Source: Eledone cirrhosa (Eukaryota). Taken from it: a stretch of 64,000 nt of DNA. Shown here piece by piece: positions 1-14,280 of the stretch. The notes under the pieces are model-generated. The model did not search any database. It saw only the letters and a list, made by a program, of their open reading frames with translations, and had not been told where the DNA came from. The first letter of the stretch is position 1, and each line of letters begins with the position of its first letter. The stretch covers positions 200,880,001-200,944,000 of the forward strand of contig OZ024742.1 of the NCBI GenBank assembly GCA_964016885.1, read 5' to 3'. The position numbers were made by a program, and so were the translations under genes.

Positions 1-234
1 ATCAATTAAGTGCATAAAGCATTTGAACCGGTTATTAAAAGTTACGAACCAATTAGCATTTCGGACAATCAATGATGGGTTAATAATCTTCCAATAGCGA
101 ATTTCGCAGACCAAAGTGGCAAGATGGTGGCCCTGATGCCGCTGGGTGTCAGATCTGTCCGCCATGGGTGACCCTACCAGGAAATAGTTTTCCAGATGGC
201 ATAGCTCCAACACCTCCAACACCTGCACCCACAT

Positions 235-3080
235 CTATAGCACCTCTTTGTAGACGATATTGCGTGTCATCCCTTGAGGAGTGTAAGCAAAAAGTGCATT
301 CCTGCTCCCTACGTGGTAACAGGTAACATAAAGTTGACCATGGGAGAAGCACGGCTCCCCCAAATGGATGCCCGCCACCGACAATGTTTGCCCTTGTGAC
401 TTGTTAATGGACATGGCAAAACATGGTCTAATCGGGAATTGGGATCGCCGGAAATCGAACGGGATATCTGTCGCCGAGAGGAAAAGGTTCATCCTTGGAA
501 TGAAAACATTCTCCCCTCTCCCGCACCCCGTTACAATGGTGGCCTCAATCAAGTGGGGCGTCATTGACTTGACGACCATGCGAGTACCGTTGCACTGCTT
601 TGGTGGGCGCAAGTTCCTTATTAGCATAATGAGACCGCCAATCCTAAGCTTAAGAATGTGAGGTGGGAGCCCTGGAGGCTCAAGGGAATTTAATAACTCA
701 ACCGGATAATTAACGATATCGTCGGGGTCTGACGTCCGGTTGATAGATTTAAAGATATGCTCTTTACCGGGAATTTTCTCAATCAGCTGCTCGTTAATAA
801 AATTAACCATGGCATTTTTCGGAGCAAGGATGGCTCTTTTGCGGAGCCAATCGAAGTTTTTAAAGTTAGATGAGACATTAGGAAAAACTGCCTCCCAAAG
901 GTCAGAAGGGCTGCTCACAATGTTGCACAGCGTGTCGATTGCTATTCCGCCCTTGTCATCCGCAGTGACCTTGCCCTCACCAAGTACTAAAATGTTCTGA
1001 GCAAATGCTGCAGACATGTTGTCACCATGCAAATGAGCACGCATATTTGTGCTCAGGTACAAAGTATTCACCTGGAGCCACAACGTGGACGACTTAAGGC
1101 AGGCACGCACTTCATCAGTTCTTGTCCCTTTGGGGATGACAGGCAGCGTTTGCCGAAAATTCCCTGATAGCAGAAGGGTTACGCCACCCATAGGAGCCGT
1201 AGAATCCCTAATGTCTTTCAGGGTCCTGTCTAATGCCTCAAGGGCACCCTTGTGTGCCATTGTGCACTAATCCCAAACAATGAGGCAACATTTTTTGAGA
1301 ACCAGAGCTTCGTGTGAGCTCTTGCTGATATTGAATGTTGGTGTCTCAGTTTTTACTAAATCCAAAGGGAGTTTAAAGGTTGAATGTGCTGTCCTGCCTC
1401 TCGGCAGCAAAGTAGTAGCGATCCCGGACGATGCAACGGCCAACGCAATTTTTTTCTCCTGACGAATCTTAGCGGGAATCAATTTTGTTACAAAGTTTTT
1501 CCGGTACCCCAGGAGCATCGAGAAAGTAAATACTCCCAATCTGATTTTGAACCGCGTCAATGATAGTTAAATAGGCCAACCTTTGGTCCGACAGACGTTT
1601 GGGCTCATTTTCCTCTAAGTATTGGGAAAGAGATTCGATGTCATATGCTATTTCCCGCAACAAATCCGGGACCAACGTGTTAGCTTCATCTGTGACGGTT
1701 GACGGCAAGCCATACGTCGCCAACTCACTCCCACCCATGTCGTGGAGGGCGTGCTCGATATCAATGAGTGCCCTGTTGTAGATAATGCCGCTGTAAGCAA
1801 CTTCCACTGAAGGATACTGCAGATGAGCCATGCGGAGGAAATCCTCAGACATGAAGTCTCTGTACTTGACCCATAAAGATTTGGGATCACCCAATTCACA
1901 CTTTTGAAGCAAAATGGCAAAGAGTTCCCATAGACCTTTAGGTGATTTCAACAAAGCACCCTCTGCTAAAGTGGAATCCCATTGCGAATCATCTTCTAAA
2001 AGACCACGCTTAAAGCAGGCTTCCCGGTACGTATCACATATTTCTCCATCCACAGTTTTGAGGTCCTGAAAACTTTGTGGGCCTACAACTTCATGCAGAA
2101 GAAGGCGGAGATGAAAGCACTCATGCTGACTTGGGGGCACAGTGTAAACCCTTCCAAGATAGCTGTCAAATTTTACACCAGGATGTCTTTCAACAGCCTG
2201 ACCTGACTTTATTCGCACCCAACTGTTTTTCGACCATATAAAGTCGGATGGAACCTGGGGGTACACAATTGTTTGCGCAAATGTATCGAACTGGCAAAGT
2301 TTGAAGAAACCTGTCAGAGTGGTCTCTTTCGGATCGGCGGCCAGCTTGGCGGCGGTTTGGTCCGTAAAGTAAACCCTTTGCCCATTTTCCAAATGTGCCG
2401 CAAGCTGTACGATGGCGGGGTGCCGTTGGTGTAGGGGGAAACCAAATAGGCGCAAAAAAGCTTCATTGCTACTGATGTACCGCCCCGCCAGGTATTCTGT
2501 GACCTCATCAGAGTCCTTATTTACATATTTGCATATGTATTTTATAGACTTGACGGAGTTGCAAAACTCAACGTTGATGTGGGCGTTTAACATCTTCAAG
2601 AGAAGCGAGCAGTAAGGGACCACCCATCTATTGTCGACTTGACCTCCTTTTACTGTTGTGGGGGAAGCCACCGTTCTCGGGCCGTCTCCGCCTGTACAGG
2701 GGGTACCCATCGCCACCAGTCTGAATCTCGTCAACAAATTTTTTGGGGTATCACTTACTGCACGACCCCCTTTTCAGACACGTGTGATGCTCATTAGGAC
2801 TCGACGCATACGGACCATGTCAGTTGCTGGGTTAGGGATTTCAGCCGAAATGAAGCTGTCTATGGCATTTGAATTGATTTTATCAGCTAACCAAATCAAA
2901 ATGTGAGCATGTGGCAGCCCTCGTTTTTGCCATACGACGGTGGACATATCACATTTTACAGCCCCAAATACCTGACCTTTTTGATTAAAGCCATGAGTTT
3001 AGCCAGTTTCAGTCTGAACACTCTGGCAATGAGCTCATGTCTGTTCGAATAATTTTGCCCAGGAAAAAGTTCACGGGTTA
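235..3080 (-). pseudogene. Helitron RepHel (HUH endonuclease plus PIF1-family SF1 helicase), frameshifted
   Basis: Rep motifs LIARVFRLKL (~3000-3035) and WQKRGLPHAHIL (~2900-2935). Helicase motifs FLDAPG, AVASSGIA, GRTAHSTFKLP, GNFRQTLPV, FAMSINKSQGQT and FSHGQLYV. Split over ORFs 1469-2737, 1267-1560 and 235-1260. Confidence 0.92.
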
Positions 3081-3203
3081 CATTCCGATTCATATGTCTC
3101 TAGCATTAATTTGTTATATGAAGTGTTATTTTGCGGGTTGTTATTTGCAATAAGCCGATTGAAAATGCCCCATATAAGTCGTATGCCAATACGGAACGCT
3201 CAA

Positions 3204-3622
3204 TACGGAACGCTCCACTGCAGTGTTGTCATATAGGGAGTGAAGAGTGACAGAGAGAGTAAAGCAGTTAAATTATAGAGAGGGGAAATATACAGAACGG
3301 TCCATTTGATCATATACATTGTTTATCTCTCTGCAGTGTTTTCATATAGGGAGTGAAGAGAGACAGAGAGAGTAAAGCAGTTAAATTATAGAGGGGGAGA
3401 ATATACGGAACGCTCCATTTGATCAGATACATTGTTTCTCTCTCTGCAGTGTTGTCATAAAGAGAGTGAAGAGAGACAGAGAGAGTAAAGCAGTTAAATT
3501 ATAGAGAGGGGGAATATACCGAACGCTCCATTTGATCAGATACATTGTTTCTCTCTCTGCAGTGTTGTCATATAGGGAGTGAAGAGCGACAAAGAGAGTA
3601 AAGCAGTTAAATTATAGAGAGG
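3204..3622. repeat. 113-bp tandem repeat, ~3.7 copies, inside the Helitron
   Basis: CTGCAGTGTT recurs at 3218, 3331, 3444 and 3557. Confidence 0.9.
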
Positions 3623-4597
3623 TCGTTATTGTTACGTTTGGTGTTTTATAAATTCATCTGTTGCTTTTGAATATTTGTTATTTGATGTAAAATGTAACGT
3701 TGAGATAGCAGTATGTATTTAGTGTTATCGGCTTTTTAAATTTTGATATTTGATGTATGAGTGTCGTAATGAACTGGCCTTGATGAGTGTCGTAATGAAC
3801 TGGCCTTGTGCCTAAAGTAGAAACAGTTATGACTGTAGAGAGGAGGCATAATCTATTGTAGAGAGAGGGAAGAGCGACGGAGAGAGTAAAGCTATGGTTG
3901 TTGTGTTGCTTATGTTTCAAAGTTTGTGTCGCGTTCCTTCAAAAGAAGTTTTGTTGTTCTAAACTGTAAAGGGTAGTAGACGGAGGCAGTAACCTTTTAA
4001 AGAGAGTTGCAGAGGAGATTGAGGGGGGAGTAGAGAGAGTGGTGAACCTTTTAAAGAAAGTTGCAGAGGAGATTGAGAGTGGAGTAGAGGAAAATATGAA
4101 GCTTTTAAAGAGAGTTGCAACATGTAGGTAGTTTCATATATTTTTGATGGTAGCAGTGAGAGGAATGACGCGTGTAAGAGAGAGGGTTACAGCATGTATT
4201 TAGTTTTATCGATTTTTTTCATAGAAGCAGGACATTTTTGGCAAAAATAATTACGTGTTGACCTGCCCTAGTAAATTTGGAGCACATTGGACAAAAATTC
4301 ATCAAAATAGAGAAATGTGGAAATGCATAAAAATCATACACACACACAGACAAACATCTACCGTTATAGAGAGATAATATAATATAATATAAAGCTTCTA
4401 TTTAGTATATCGGAATATGTGGAAAAATGTATTGGGCCGTCAAGTATGAAATTTGTAGAAAGTTTTAGAGAAAAACAAACAAACAAATTTCTACAAATTT
4501 CATACTTGACAACCCAAAACATGCCTGGTTGTGTGTTCCTATGTCTATTTGATGGCCTGTCTTTCGGTTAGACTACTTTATTTGTCTTTTTACCACG

Positions 4598-4646
<49 letters not shown>

Positions 4647-4858
4647 TTAAAACAATGAAATAAAAATTCAAGTCATTAGAAATATACTTCACTGCTTTAC
4701 GATCGTTTCTAGGTGATGATAATACATCGTAACCATATTTCGTTATCGATCTATGTTTTATTGTTTTCCGGGATTTATTTTAACCTACAACATTTTCAAC
4801 ATATGGATTACATTGAGTTCTTCATGCAGACTAGACCCCACAACTTACCGTGGATATC

Positions 4859-4901
<43 letters not shown>

Positions 4902-4907
<6 letters not shown>

Positions 4908-5169
4908 AGAAATGTTAGCTATCACCGTATTTTGACTAAAGAAATTAAAGAAATTATTTAGCCTGATAGTGGGGTTAAGAACCCTCGGAGAAATGGAAAA
5001 AGATGAGTATTGACGTACATGTACGTCGATACTCATCTTTTTCCATTTCTCCGAGGGTTCTTAACCCCACTATCAGGCTAAATAATTTCTTTAATTTCTT
5101 TAGTCAAAATACGGCGATAGCTAACATTTCTAATAATTTCAAATCCACTCGCTGTTTCGAAAATATTCT

Positions 5170-5172
<3 letters not shown>
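4902..5172. mobile_element. Fold-back palindrome (4902-5137) with a 35-nt tail, in (TA)n; PLE-type inverted insertion
   Basis: Arms are reverse complements about 5019/5020 with two CpG-type mismatches. (TA)n lies on both sides. Confidence 0.75.
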
Positions 5173-5225
<53 letters not shown>

Positions 5226-5395
5226 GGCCAGTTACTACAACGGTGCCATTCCAGGTGCGTACGTTTCGTTAGTTCCAAGACAAACTAGTTCAACTTGAGC
5301 CTATGAAAATGAACCGGAAAATGTTTACTCAAAAAGAAAAATACGGAAAAAACATGAGAGCCCAAATCAAGGGCAGTTCTACAATATACATGTAT

Positions 5396-5474
<79 letters not shown>

Positions 5475-6049
5475 GCATACACACACACACACGTCGCGCG
5501 CGCACACACACATACACACACACATTTTTTTGTGACTGGGTAGGGAGAGGCTTAAAGAAGTGAACATTGCATTTTTATCTGGGCAGTATTTTGAACTTGC
5601 ACCGATGCAGTTTGATTATCAAGTTCTACGTGATACTAACATACACAAACGCACATATATGTGGATATATGGATAAAATGATATAAATTCACACATACAC
5701 GTTTCGGGGCGATACAACTGCTTGGCATCAGAGGAAAGTCACTTCAGCTCAAGTCACGTGTCGCCCCAAATCTTACGGGTGGAATTGCAGAGAGGAAAAC
5801 TATGTGGATGCCCGTGCGTTGGATTGTGTTTCTATTTCAGCGGTCTAGCTTTGTCACACACAATGTGACGCTGATGATTTAGCCTTAGAATTAGGTTAGG
5901 TTACACGTTAACCTTTCCAGAAATAATGTCTCAAGAATTCTGTCACTTATTCATTCACAATTTGGACGTTCAGTTATAACTGAATTTTCATTTTCGGAAA
6001 AGACGAAGTATGAATCATCATCATTAAATACACACACACTCACACATAT

Positions 6050-6177
<128 letters not shown>

Positions 6178-6224
6178 GCGCACACCCATACACAAATACA
6201 TACATATAAACTTAGATACATACA

Positions 6225-6283
<59 letters not shown>

Positions 6284-6344
6284 GAAAGAACCAAAAATAT
6301 TATATACTCATAGTTTTTGTTTATATTTTTGTACATACATACAT

Positions 6345-6391
<47 letters not shown>

Positions 6392-6412
6392 CATCACAAA
6401 AATATAAACAAA

Positions 6413-6486
<74 letters not shown>

Positions 6487-6980
6487 GTATGTATCTACAT
6501 CACAAAGATATAAACAAAAACTATGTGTATATAATATTTTGGGTTCTTTCATTTCCGCCATTTTACTTGTGATGCTTCCTGTATATTCCATTTATATTAT
6601 TCTTATTTTATTTCACCACTCAGAGATATATTAGAAACAGAAATAAATAAAGGGGATGTTGATCATGATGTATGTGGGATGACACGGGCGTAGATAAGTA
6701 TTGCGACTACATTTCACACTATCTGATGGAAGTGATGTAAAATAAAGAATAGAAAAAGCAAGGATGTCTAACTGAGACATAAAAGAAATGAAAGAAACAT
6801 ATGCTGTGGCATTGCCAAACATTGACATTGGGATATCATCATCGGCAAATGTTTTTGTGTGTAATGTCATTTTTTTCTTCTGTCTGATTGAGAGCTAATG
6901 TTCTTACGTGTCTACGTTCTCATCTCTATGTATGTATGTATACAGAATTCAATGTATGTATACAGAAATACATACATCGA

Positions 6981-7035
<55 letters not shown>

Positions 7036-7060
7036 TACATATATATATATATATATCCAT

Positions 7061-7097
<37 letters not shown>

Positions 7098-7349
7098 CAA
7101 ATATATATACACAGGATTTTAGATATCGAGGAAAAATAACGCGTGGCAATGTCACCACTACATCACTTGCAGTTATACATACATTTTAAAGAGTAGACAC
7201 ATGTACACACGTGCATGTGCATATATATATATATAATGTATTTATATAGAAACATGGATTGCGTAGAATGTTAAATATACAATGGATGTAAAATAATGTC
7301 GGATATGGTTGAGGCTTTGGTAAGTGGAATTGCCTGCCTGCTCAACCAA

Positions 7350-8175
7350 TCCTGTTGGATGGCTAGATGGTTGCATGGCTGGATGATGGGATGGTTGGAT
7401 GGTTGGTTAGTTGGTTGGTTGGTTAGTTGGTTGGTTGGTTGGTTGGATGATTGATTGGTTGGTTGGTTGGATGATTGATTGGTTGGGTGGTTCTTGGATG
7501 GTTGGATGGTTGGTTGGTTGGATGGTTGGATGGTTGGATGGTCGGTTGGATGGTTCGTTGGTTGGATGGTTGGTTGGATGGTTGGTTAGTTGGTTGGTTG
7601 GATGGTTCATTGGATGGGTGGTTCTTGGATGGTTGGATGGCTGGTTGGTTGGCTGGTTGGATGGTTGGATGGTGGATGGTTTGATGGTCGGATGGTTGGA
7701 TGGCTGGTTGGTTGGATGGTTGCATGGTTGGTTGGATGGTTGGAGGATTGGATGGTTGGTTGGTGGGTCGGTCGGATACTCGGATACTCGGATATTAGAT
7801 AGTTGGCTGGTTGGTTGGTTGATGGTTGGATGGTTGGTTGGATGGGTGGATGTTTATATGGTTAGATATTAGTATGGTGGGATGGTCGGATGATTAGATG
7901 GTCGGATAGCTGGATGTTCGGATAGATGGATGGTCGAATGGTTAGATGGTCGGATGGTTAAATGGTTGGATGGTGGAATGTTTGGATGGTCATATCGTTG
8001 AATGGTTGGATGGTGGATGGTCGGATGTTTAGATGGTTCGATGCTTGGATCGATAGATGTTGGATGGTGGTTGGTTGGAAGGTCGGATAGTTGGATGGGA
8101 GGATGGTTAAATGGTTGAATGGTAGGATGGTTGGATGGTTGGATGTTTAGATGTTGGGATGGCGAGATGGTTGGG
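7350..8175. repeat. Degenerate (TTGG/ATGG)n tetranucleotide repeat
   Basis: Direct inspection. Confidence 0.9.
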
Positions 8176-8331
8176 TGACAAGAACTCGTTCAACCAAAAA
8201 CCAAATAAAAAATGTGTAGAAACGTGACTTAAACACACATAAAAGAGACTTTTATGTGTGTATATATATACATGGAATGTATACGTATATATATATATGC
8301 ACATATTCATCTATATATGAATACACACACA

Positions 8332-8428
<97 letters not shown>

Positions 8429-8721
8429 ATGTATACACACACACATATATATATATGTGTGTGTGTGTGTGAGTGTGTGTTTATGTGTGTGTATGCTTGT
8501 GCATGCCTGTGTGTGTGTATGCATACATACGTGTCCCAAACACAAATGAAGAAATTTGCCTGAAATGAATAAAAAAGCAAATAAAACAAAAGACAATATT
8601 TAACAGCAACAACTAAAGTAATTCTATTGACAACAACAACAACAACAACAACAACAACCACAACAACAACAACAACAACAACAATGATAATAACAATCGT
8701 AACACAACAATAACGATAATG

Positions 8722-8893
8722 ATAATTGTTTTCACTTTTGGCACAAGGCCAGCAATAATATCAGTGCATTACTGGTACTTCATTTTATCGACCATGTAGG
8801 AAGAAAGGCAAAGTTAACTTCCGCGGAATTTGAACTCAGATCGTAAATGGCCGTAACTCTATGCGGCAAAGCATGGCGTCCGACCCTCTACCG
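8722..8893 (-). mobile_element. tRNA-derived SINE, family A
   Basis: B-box-like GAGTTCAAATTCC and the conserved 3' tail ...GCTGGCCTTGTGCC on the minus strand; many copies in the window. Confidence 0.85.
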
Positions 8894-8959
8894 TAATGAT
8901 AATGGTAATAGTAACAATAAGAAAGAACATAATGTAGACATTGCGGATAGTGGTAATAG

Positions 8960-8984
8960 TGAAGATGATGATGATGATGATGAC

Positions 8985-9035
<51 letters not shown>

Positions 9036-9392
9036 GATGGTGATGATGGTGATGATGATGGGGATGGTGATGGTGATGATGATGGTGATGGTGATGATGG
9101 TGATGATGATGATGGTGATGGTGGTGATGATGATGGTGATGATGATGGTGATGATGATGGTGATGATAGTGGTGATGATGATGGTGATGATGATGATGGT
9201 GATGGTGGTGATGATGATGGTGATGATGGTGGTGATGGTGATGGTGATGATGATGATGGTGATGGTGATGATGATGATGGTGATGATGACGGTTGTGACA
9301 ATAAGTGCGATGATGTTGATAATGATAATTATGATGATGATTGTGATGATGTCTGTAAGGGTAATGATGATAGGAGTGATGATGATGATGGT
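8960..9392. repeat. (GAT/GGT)n microsatellite
   Basis: Direct inspection. Confidence 0.95.
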
Positions 9393-9564
9393 AACTTAAC
9401 TAGTGATCGATACCTACTTTGATCACCAATACGTGATCTCGCATGGACAATTTCTATATTATCACTTTGATTTCGTACCTTTCGATAGCAGCAGCAGCAG
9501 CAATAGCTGCAGCAACAAAAACAATAACAACAACAGGGACCATAATTATGATGATGGTTAAGAC

Positions 9565-9598
<34 letters not shown>

Positions 9599-10082
9599 AT
9601 GATGATGATGATGGTGATGTTTTCTGATCTCTCCACTAAAGCCTATTCCGCCATGCTCTTCTCTGTCTCTCACTCCCTCACCCATCTCTCTCTCTCCCTC
9701 CCTCTCCCCCCTCTCCCTCCTCTCCTCCTCTCCTCCTCTATCTCCCCCTCTCTCTCTCTCTCATAACCTTCTGGGGCTGATGTTATTTTAATTTTAAGTG
9801 TCTCTCTCCCTCACTCTCGCACAGCTTTCGATCCCTGGCCTGAGAACACTTGTAAATTTCGACAACATTATAAAATGTCTCGTTGAAATCTTATATATGT
9901 ACCTTCTTTACCCTTCTATTAAAGCTTATATCTAATTCTCGCTAGGAGATAACCCCCCCCCCCCCACACACACACACATATATATATATATCTGTGTAAA
10001 TAAATAAATAAATACATAAATAAATAAATTATATATATATATATATATAAGAGAGTATTGACGTTTGCTTGAAGCATTGTGG

Positions 10083-10165
<83 letters not shown>

Positions 10166-10229
10166 CCAATGGAACACAATGGAAACAATGAGTCAATTGA
10201 ACAGCAGAAAGTACGAACCGGATATATAA

Positions 10230-11670
10230 ATACAAGTGTAGAGTAATATCATATCAGAAAATGTCAAAATTGCTTTAAAGAAATCTCAAAAATGGACATC
10301 ACCTGTCAAGAAAAAGTGCCAGGATTTTGGCTTCATTACCTTATATCTACACACAGTCTAATGGCAGAAAATCCATCCCTATCAAAACTTATTATTTCCC
10401 TAAAAGAAATGCCAGCCTCGATCTCAAAGGGAATTAGATTCCTCTTACTCAAAAATGAAGGAACAGATGAACCTCAAATTAACATGCCTGTCCACTGCAT
10501 ATAAAATCTTAACCTCAATAGGCAATGATCACGTGTACTCATGTCTGGGAGAAAACAATATCTTACCAACAGAGCAAAAGGGGTGCAAACAGTGATCATA
10601 AAGGTTGTAAGGACGAACTACTAATAAAGAAAATGATCCAGGAAAACTATCTTACAAGAACCGCAATCCCAACACAGTCTGGATAGACTATTGAAAAGCA
10701 TTTGATAATGTCCCTCACTCACAGATTCTTCAATCTCTTGAAATTTACAGAATATCTCCAATAACTATAAATTTTATGAAATGAAGTATGACTTCAGGAA
10801 AACAACTCTTTTCATGAAACACAGCAAAGGGACAGAATCACAAGGAATCTCGATACGCAGAGGAGTATTCCAGAGACACACTACCCTATCTCCTCTTCTG
10901 TATAGCATTAATCCTTCTTTCTCCTGAATTAAGTAATACTACCTATGGCTACAAAATTAAGCTTTTTCAGCCATTTCTTCTATGATCTTTACTAAAGACG
11001 ATAACAAATTAAGGGCGTGCTTAAGATAGTAAAACATTTAGCGACGAAATAAGCATGGAGTTTGGTCTTGATAACTGTGTAAAATCGACTTTGAAGAGAG
11101 GAATCGTGCATACAAGTTCCAATATAGACTTGAACATAAATAAAAAACAAGAGAACTTGAACAAGAGGAGACCTACAAATATTATGTCATCACAGAAGGT
11201 GGAGGGATACGACACACTCAAATGAAGGAAAAGGTTAGAACGAAATATTGTAGGTGAGGGCATCCTATGTAAACACATATTTCAATTCAAAGAAGAGATT
11301 ATAAGGATAAACAACATAGCGGTACCTGTTGTTCAGTATAACTTTACAATAATTAACATGACAATACGAGATATCAAAAGGATGAATACCAAGATACGTA
11401 AACTTTTCACATATTACCATATGTATCACATGATGGCGGAAGTTGAGCGACTCTACCTGCTCAGATCCGATGGAGGCAGAGGTCTAACTCAATTGGAGCC
11501 GTTCTTCAAGAAAACAACTGGCCTGCACTAATATCTTGAAGCAATCAATGATTGGACGGTGCAGGCATTAAAACAGCCTGAAACCTCCAAAGAATTTTAC
11601 TCCATAGTAAAAGAAAGCTACAAATATAAAGGGGAAATAAATCTGATCACATCTTTGACTCACGACACAC
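10230..11670 (+). pseudogene. Decayed non-LTR retrotransposon RT, R4/Dong-like
   Basis: Frame-broken motifs TEQKGCK, WIDY*KAFDNVPHS, IRRGVFQ, LSPLL, FSDEISMEFGLDNC and ERLYLLRSDGGRGLTQLE. Confidence 0.75.
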
Positions 11671-11684
11671 TTCTATCGATAAGA

Positions 11685-12260
11685 AATAAATGTTTCTACT
11701 TTTGGCACAAGGACAGCAATAACTCAGTGCATTACTGGTACTTTATTTCAACGACCGCGTAAGGATGAAAGCAAAGTTAACCTCGGTAGGATTAGAACTC
11801 GGAGCGTAAAGGGCCATCACTCTATGCTGCAAAACATGGTGTCTGACGCTCTACCGATACTGTTAATCCACGGCCAGAGAAATAATTGTTTCTACTTTTG
11901 GCACAAGGCCAGCAATTATCACAGTACATTACTGGTACTTTATTTTATCGACCCCGAAAGGATGAAAGGCAAAGTTAACCTCGGCGGGATTTAAACTCAG
12001 ACTGTAAAGGGATGTAACTATGCTGGAAAGCATAGCGTCCGACTCTCCACCGCCAGAGAAATAATTGTTTCTACTTTAGGCACAAGGCCAGCAATTACCC
12101 AGTGCATTACTGGTACTTTATTTTATCGACCCCGTAAGGATGAAAGGCAAAGTCAACCTCGGCGGCATTTGAACTCAGATCGTAAAGGGACGTAACTATG
12201 CTGGAAAGCATGGCGTCCGACCCTCTACCTATACTGCCAATCCACCGCCAGAGAAATAAT
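11685..12260 (-). mobile_element. Three tandem SINE family A copies
   Basis: Three SINE bodies, each delimited by CCAGAGAAATAAT. Confidence 0.88.
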
Positions 12261-12384
12261 GATTTCATTTATTGGCCACAAGTCATAAAAACCATCACTC
12301 GCCCCAGGACCCTGGTCGAGACCTGGTGCGATGTATGTGAATGTACAGATATCCAAGGAAAAAATAATAGTAATAATAACAGAT

Positions 12385-12450
12385 GTAGCAGCAGCAACAG
12401 CATCAGCAGCAGTAGTAGTAGTAGTAGCAGTAGTAGTATTAGTAGTAGTA

Positions 12451-12505
<55 letters not shown>

Positions 12506-12640
12506 CAGGAGCAGCAGTAGTATTAGTAGTATCAGCAGTAGTAGTAGTCGTAGTAGTAGTAGTAGGAGTAGCAGCAGCAGCAGTAGCAGTAGTAGCAGTA
12601 GTAGCAGGAGCAGCACTAGTAATACTAGTAGTAGTAACGG
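12385..12640. repeat. (AGT/AGC)n microsatellite
   Basis: Direct inspection. Confidence 0.9.
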
Positions 12641-12854
12641 TGGAATTGGTGGTATGGTGATATATTTGGTTTACAGGGTTTTCTTCGTGGCTCCTGATTT
12701 CGAATTATTTGTTTTACCCTGTATATGAAAAGATATTTTGTTTTGTTTTAATAGTCCTTCTTTCACTTTCTTAGTTCTACCGAATTGTACCGGCTTTCTG
12801 AAGTTCTCATCAATTATTACATATCTCACAATACTTCATGTTATCTATCTATCT

Positions 12855-13720
12855 AACTATGCAGAACAACTGCTGTCGCGTAGGGGACAAATACAGTTGA
12901 CTGCCGAGTCCATAGTAAGGATCAAACCGCCAGACTCTTTCAAAAACGAAAGAGAGGCGGTTTTCCTCTGTACGGTGGCTATGGTGAAAGAAGTTATATG
13001 GTGGACGAGGTTGAGAGGACTGAGGACAGATGCCTTTCTCTCCGGACAACAATTGATTCCATTCTTTAAGTATCACTTTAGAAGGAGAATCAGGGTGGAG
13101 AGAGAGGCACTGCACCCCAGTAAATTTACTGAAAGGTGGGTGAATGAAGCGAAAATGGCCCGAGTGATTGGGCCTTCTCTGTTTATAAGCCTGTAGGTTG
13201 AGGAAGAGAGCAAAAGGAAGAAAGGGGCACTTGAACAACACGCTCCTTGAGTTGAGGGTTGTTCTATCGACGGGGTATTAAACAACCCATTTGTGGCGCC
13301 TCCCCCCTATTGGGGATTTCGATTGTTGAAATTGTTTGTTTTTATATTTTTTACACGACTGTATGTAAAATCCCCGGCATGTCTTTGTATTGTCCCCTTT
13401 CTTGTTGCGCCCTTGTGGCTAATAAAGAAATCTATCTATCTAAGATAAACAGAGGGAAGACGGGAACACCTACAAAACGCGTTCCTGGTGTTGAGGGTTG
13501 TTCTATCCACGGGGAGTAAAACAACCTCGCAGTAGCGTTACCCCACCCCCACCCCATATGGAGATTTTAATTGTTTTATTTTTATATAGTTTATTGTTAT
13601 TTATCATTATTAAATGCACTGGGTAATTGCTGGCCTTGTGCCTAAAGTAGAAACAATTATTAAAGATTTTATGTAAAACCCCGTCATTTTTGTACGCCCC
13701 TGTGGCAAATAAAGAAAGAT
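12855..13720 (+). mobile_element. 5'-truncated Tx1/L1-like LINE (ORF2 C-terminus plus 3'UTR) followed by a second related 3'UTR
   Basis: Near-identical to 61204-61772. Ends AATAAAGAAA(TCTA)n; a second UTR ends AATAAAGAAAG at a (TC)n tract. Confidence 0.85.
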
Positions 13721-13733
13721 CTCTCTCTCTCTC

Positions 13734-13818
<85 letters not shown>

Positions 13819-14032
13819 TTATCCCGGGTTCAATCGGGGGTAACCACAGTAAGTAAGGTACTCAATACATAGCAGAGTATAAATATTTAATAAAGAATTT
13901 GCTTTTACAGGACTAGAACTGTTCATTCGGGAGAAATGTTTTAAGTATTTCCGTAGAAAAAGTAAAGGAAAGAAGAGTGCTCTATGTATAGTACAGAGCT
14001 ATTTAATTACATAATAAACAGCACAATATAAT

Positions 14033-14106
14033 TATTCCATTACTAGAAGTTTCAGGAAACTAGACGATCTTAAGAGAAACGTCCAGCACATTCATCAGAT
14101 GAAATA
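14033..14106 (-). ncRNA. Type I hammerhead ribozyme
   Basis: Minus strand: TATTTCAT-CTGATGA-[helix II GCTGGACG/CGTCTAGT, base mismatched]-GAAAC-TTCTA-GTA^-ATGGAATA. Confidence 0.7.
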
Positions 14107-14249
14107 GTTATGTTTTGGATATAAGTTTTGGAATTAACATGTATCAAAAATGAAAGTGAGGCTGAGTTGAGCTGGACGTTTCTGTAAGGATAGTCTAATT
14201 TCCTGAAACCTTTGGCAATGGAATAATTATATTGTGTTGTTATTATGTA

Positions 14250-14280
<31 letters not shown>

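Larger units (their letters stand above)
1..4374 (-). mobile_element. Decayed autonomous Helitron; 5' TC terminus near 4374, 3' end probably left of the window
   Basis: Minus-strand Rep/helicase remnants at 235-3080 and an internal 113-bp tandem array. The minus strand starts A|TCTCTCTATAA...TTTGTCTGTGTG at 4374, like the 5' end of the Helitron at 15748. Confidence 0.75.

Noticed and set aside
4690-5300. Minus-strand GAAACGATCGTA (~4698-4709) and GAAACGTACGCA (~5254-5265)
   Set aside because: They look like HHR 3' halves, but no upstream core was found.
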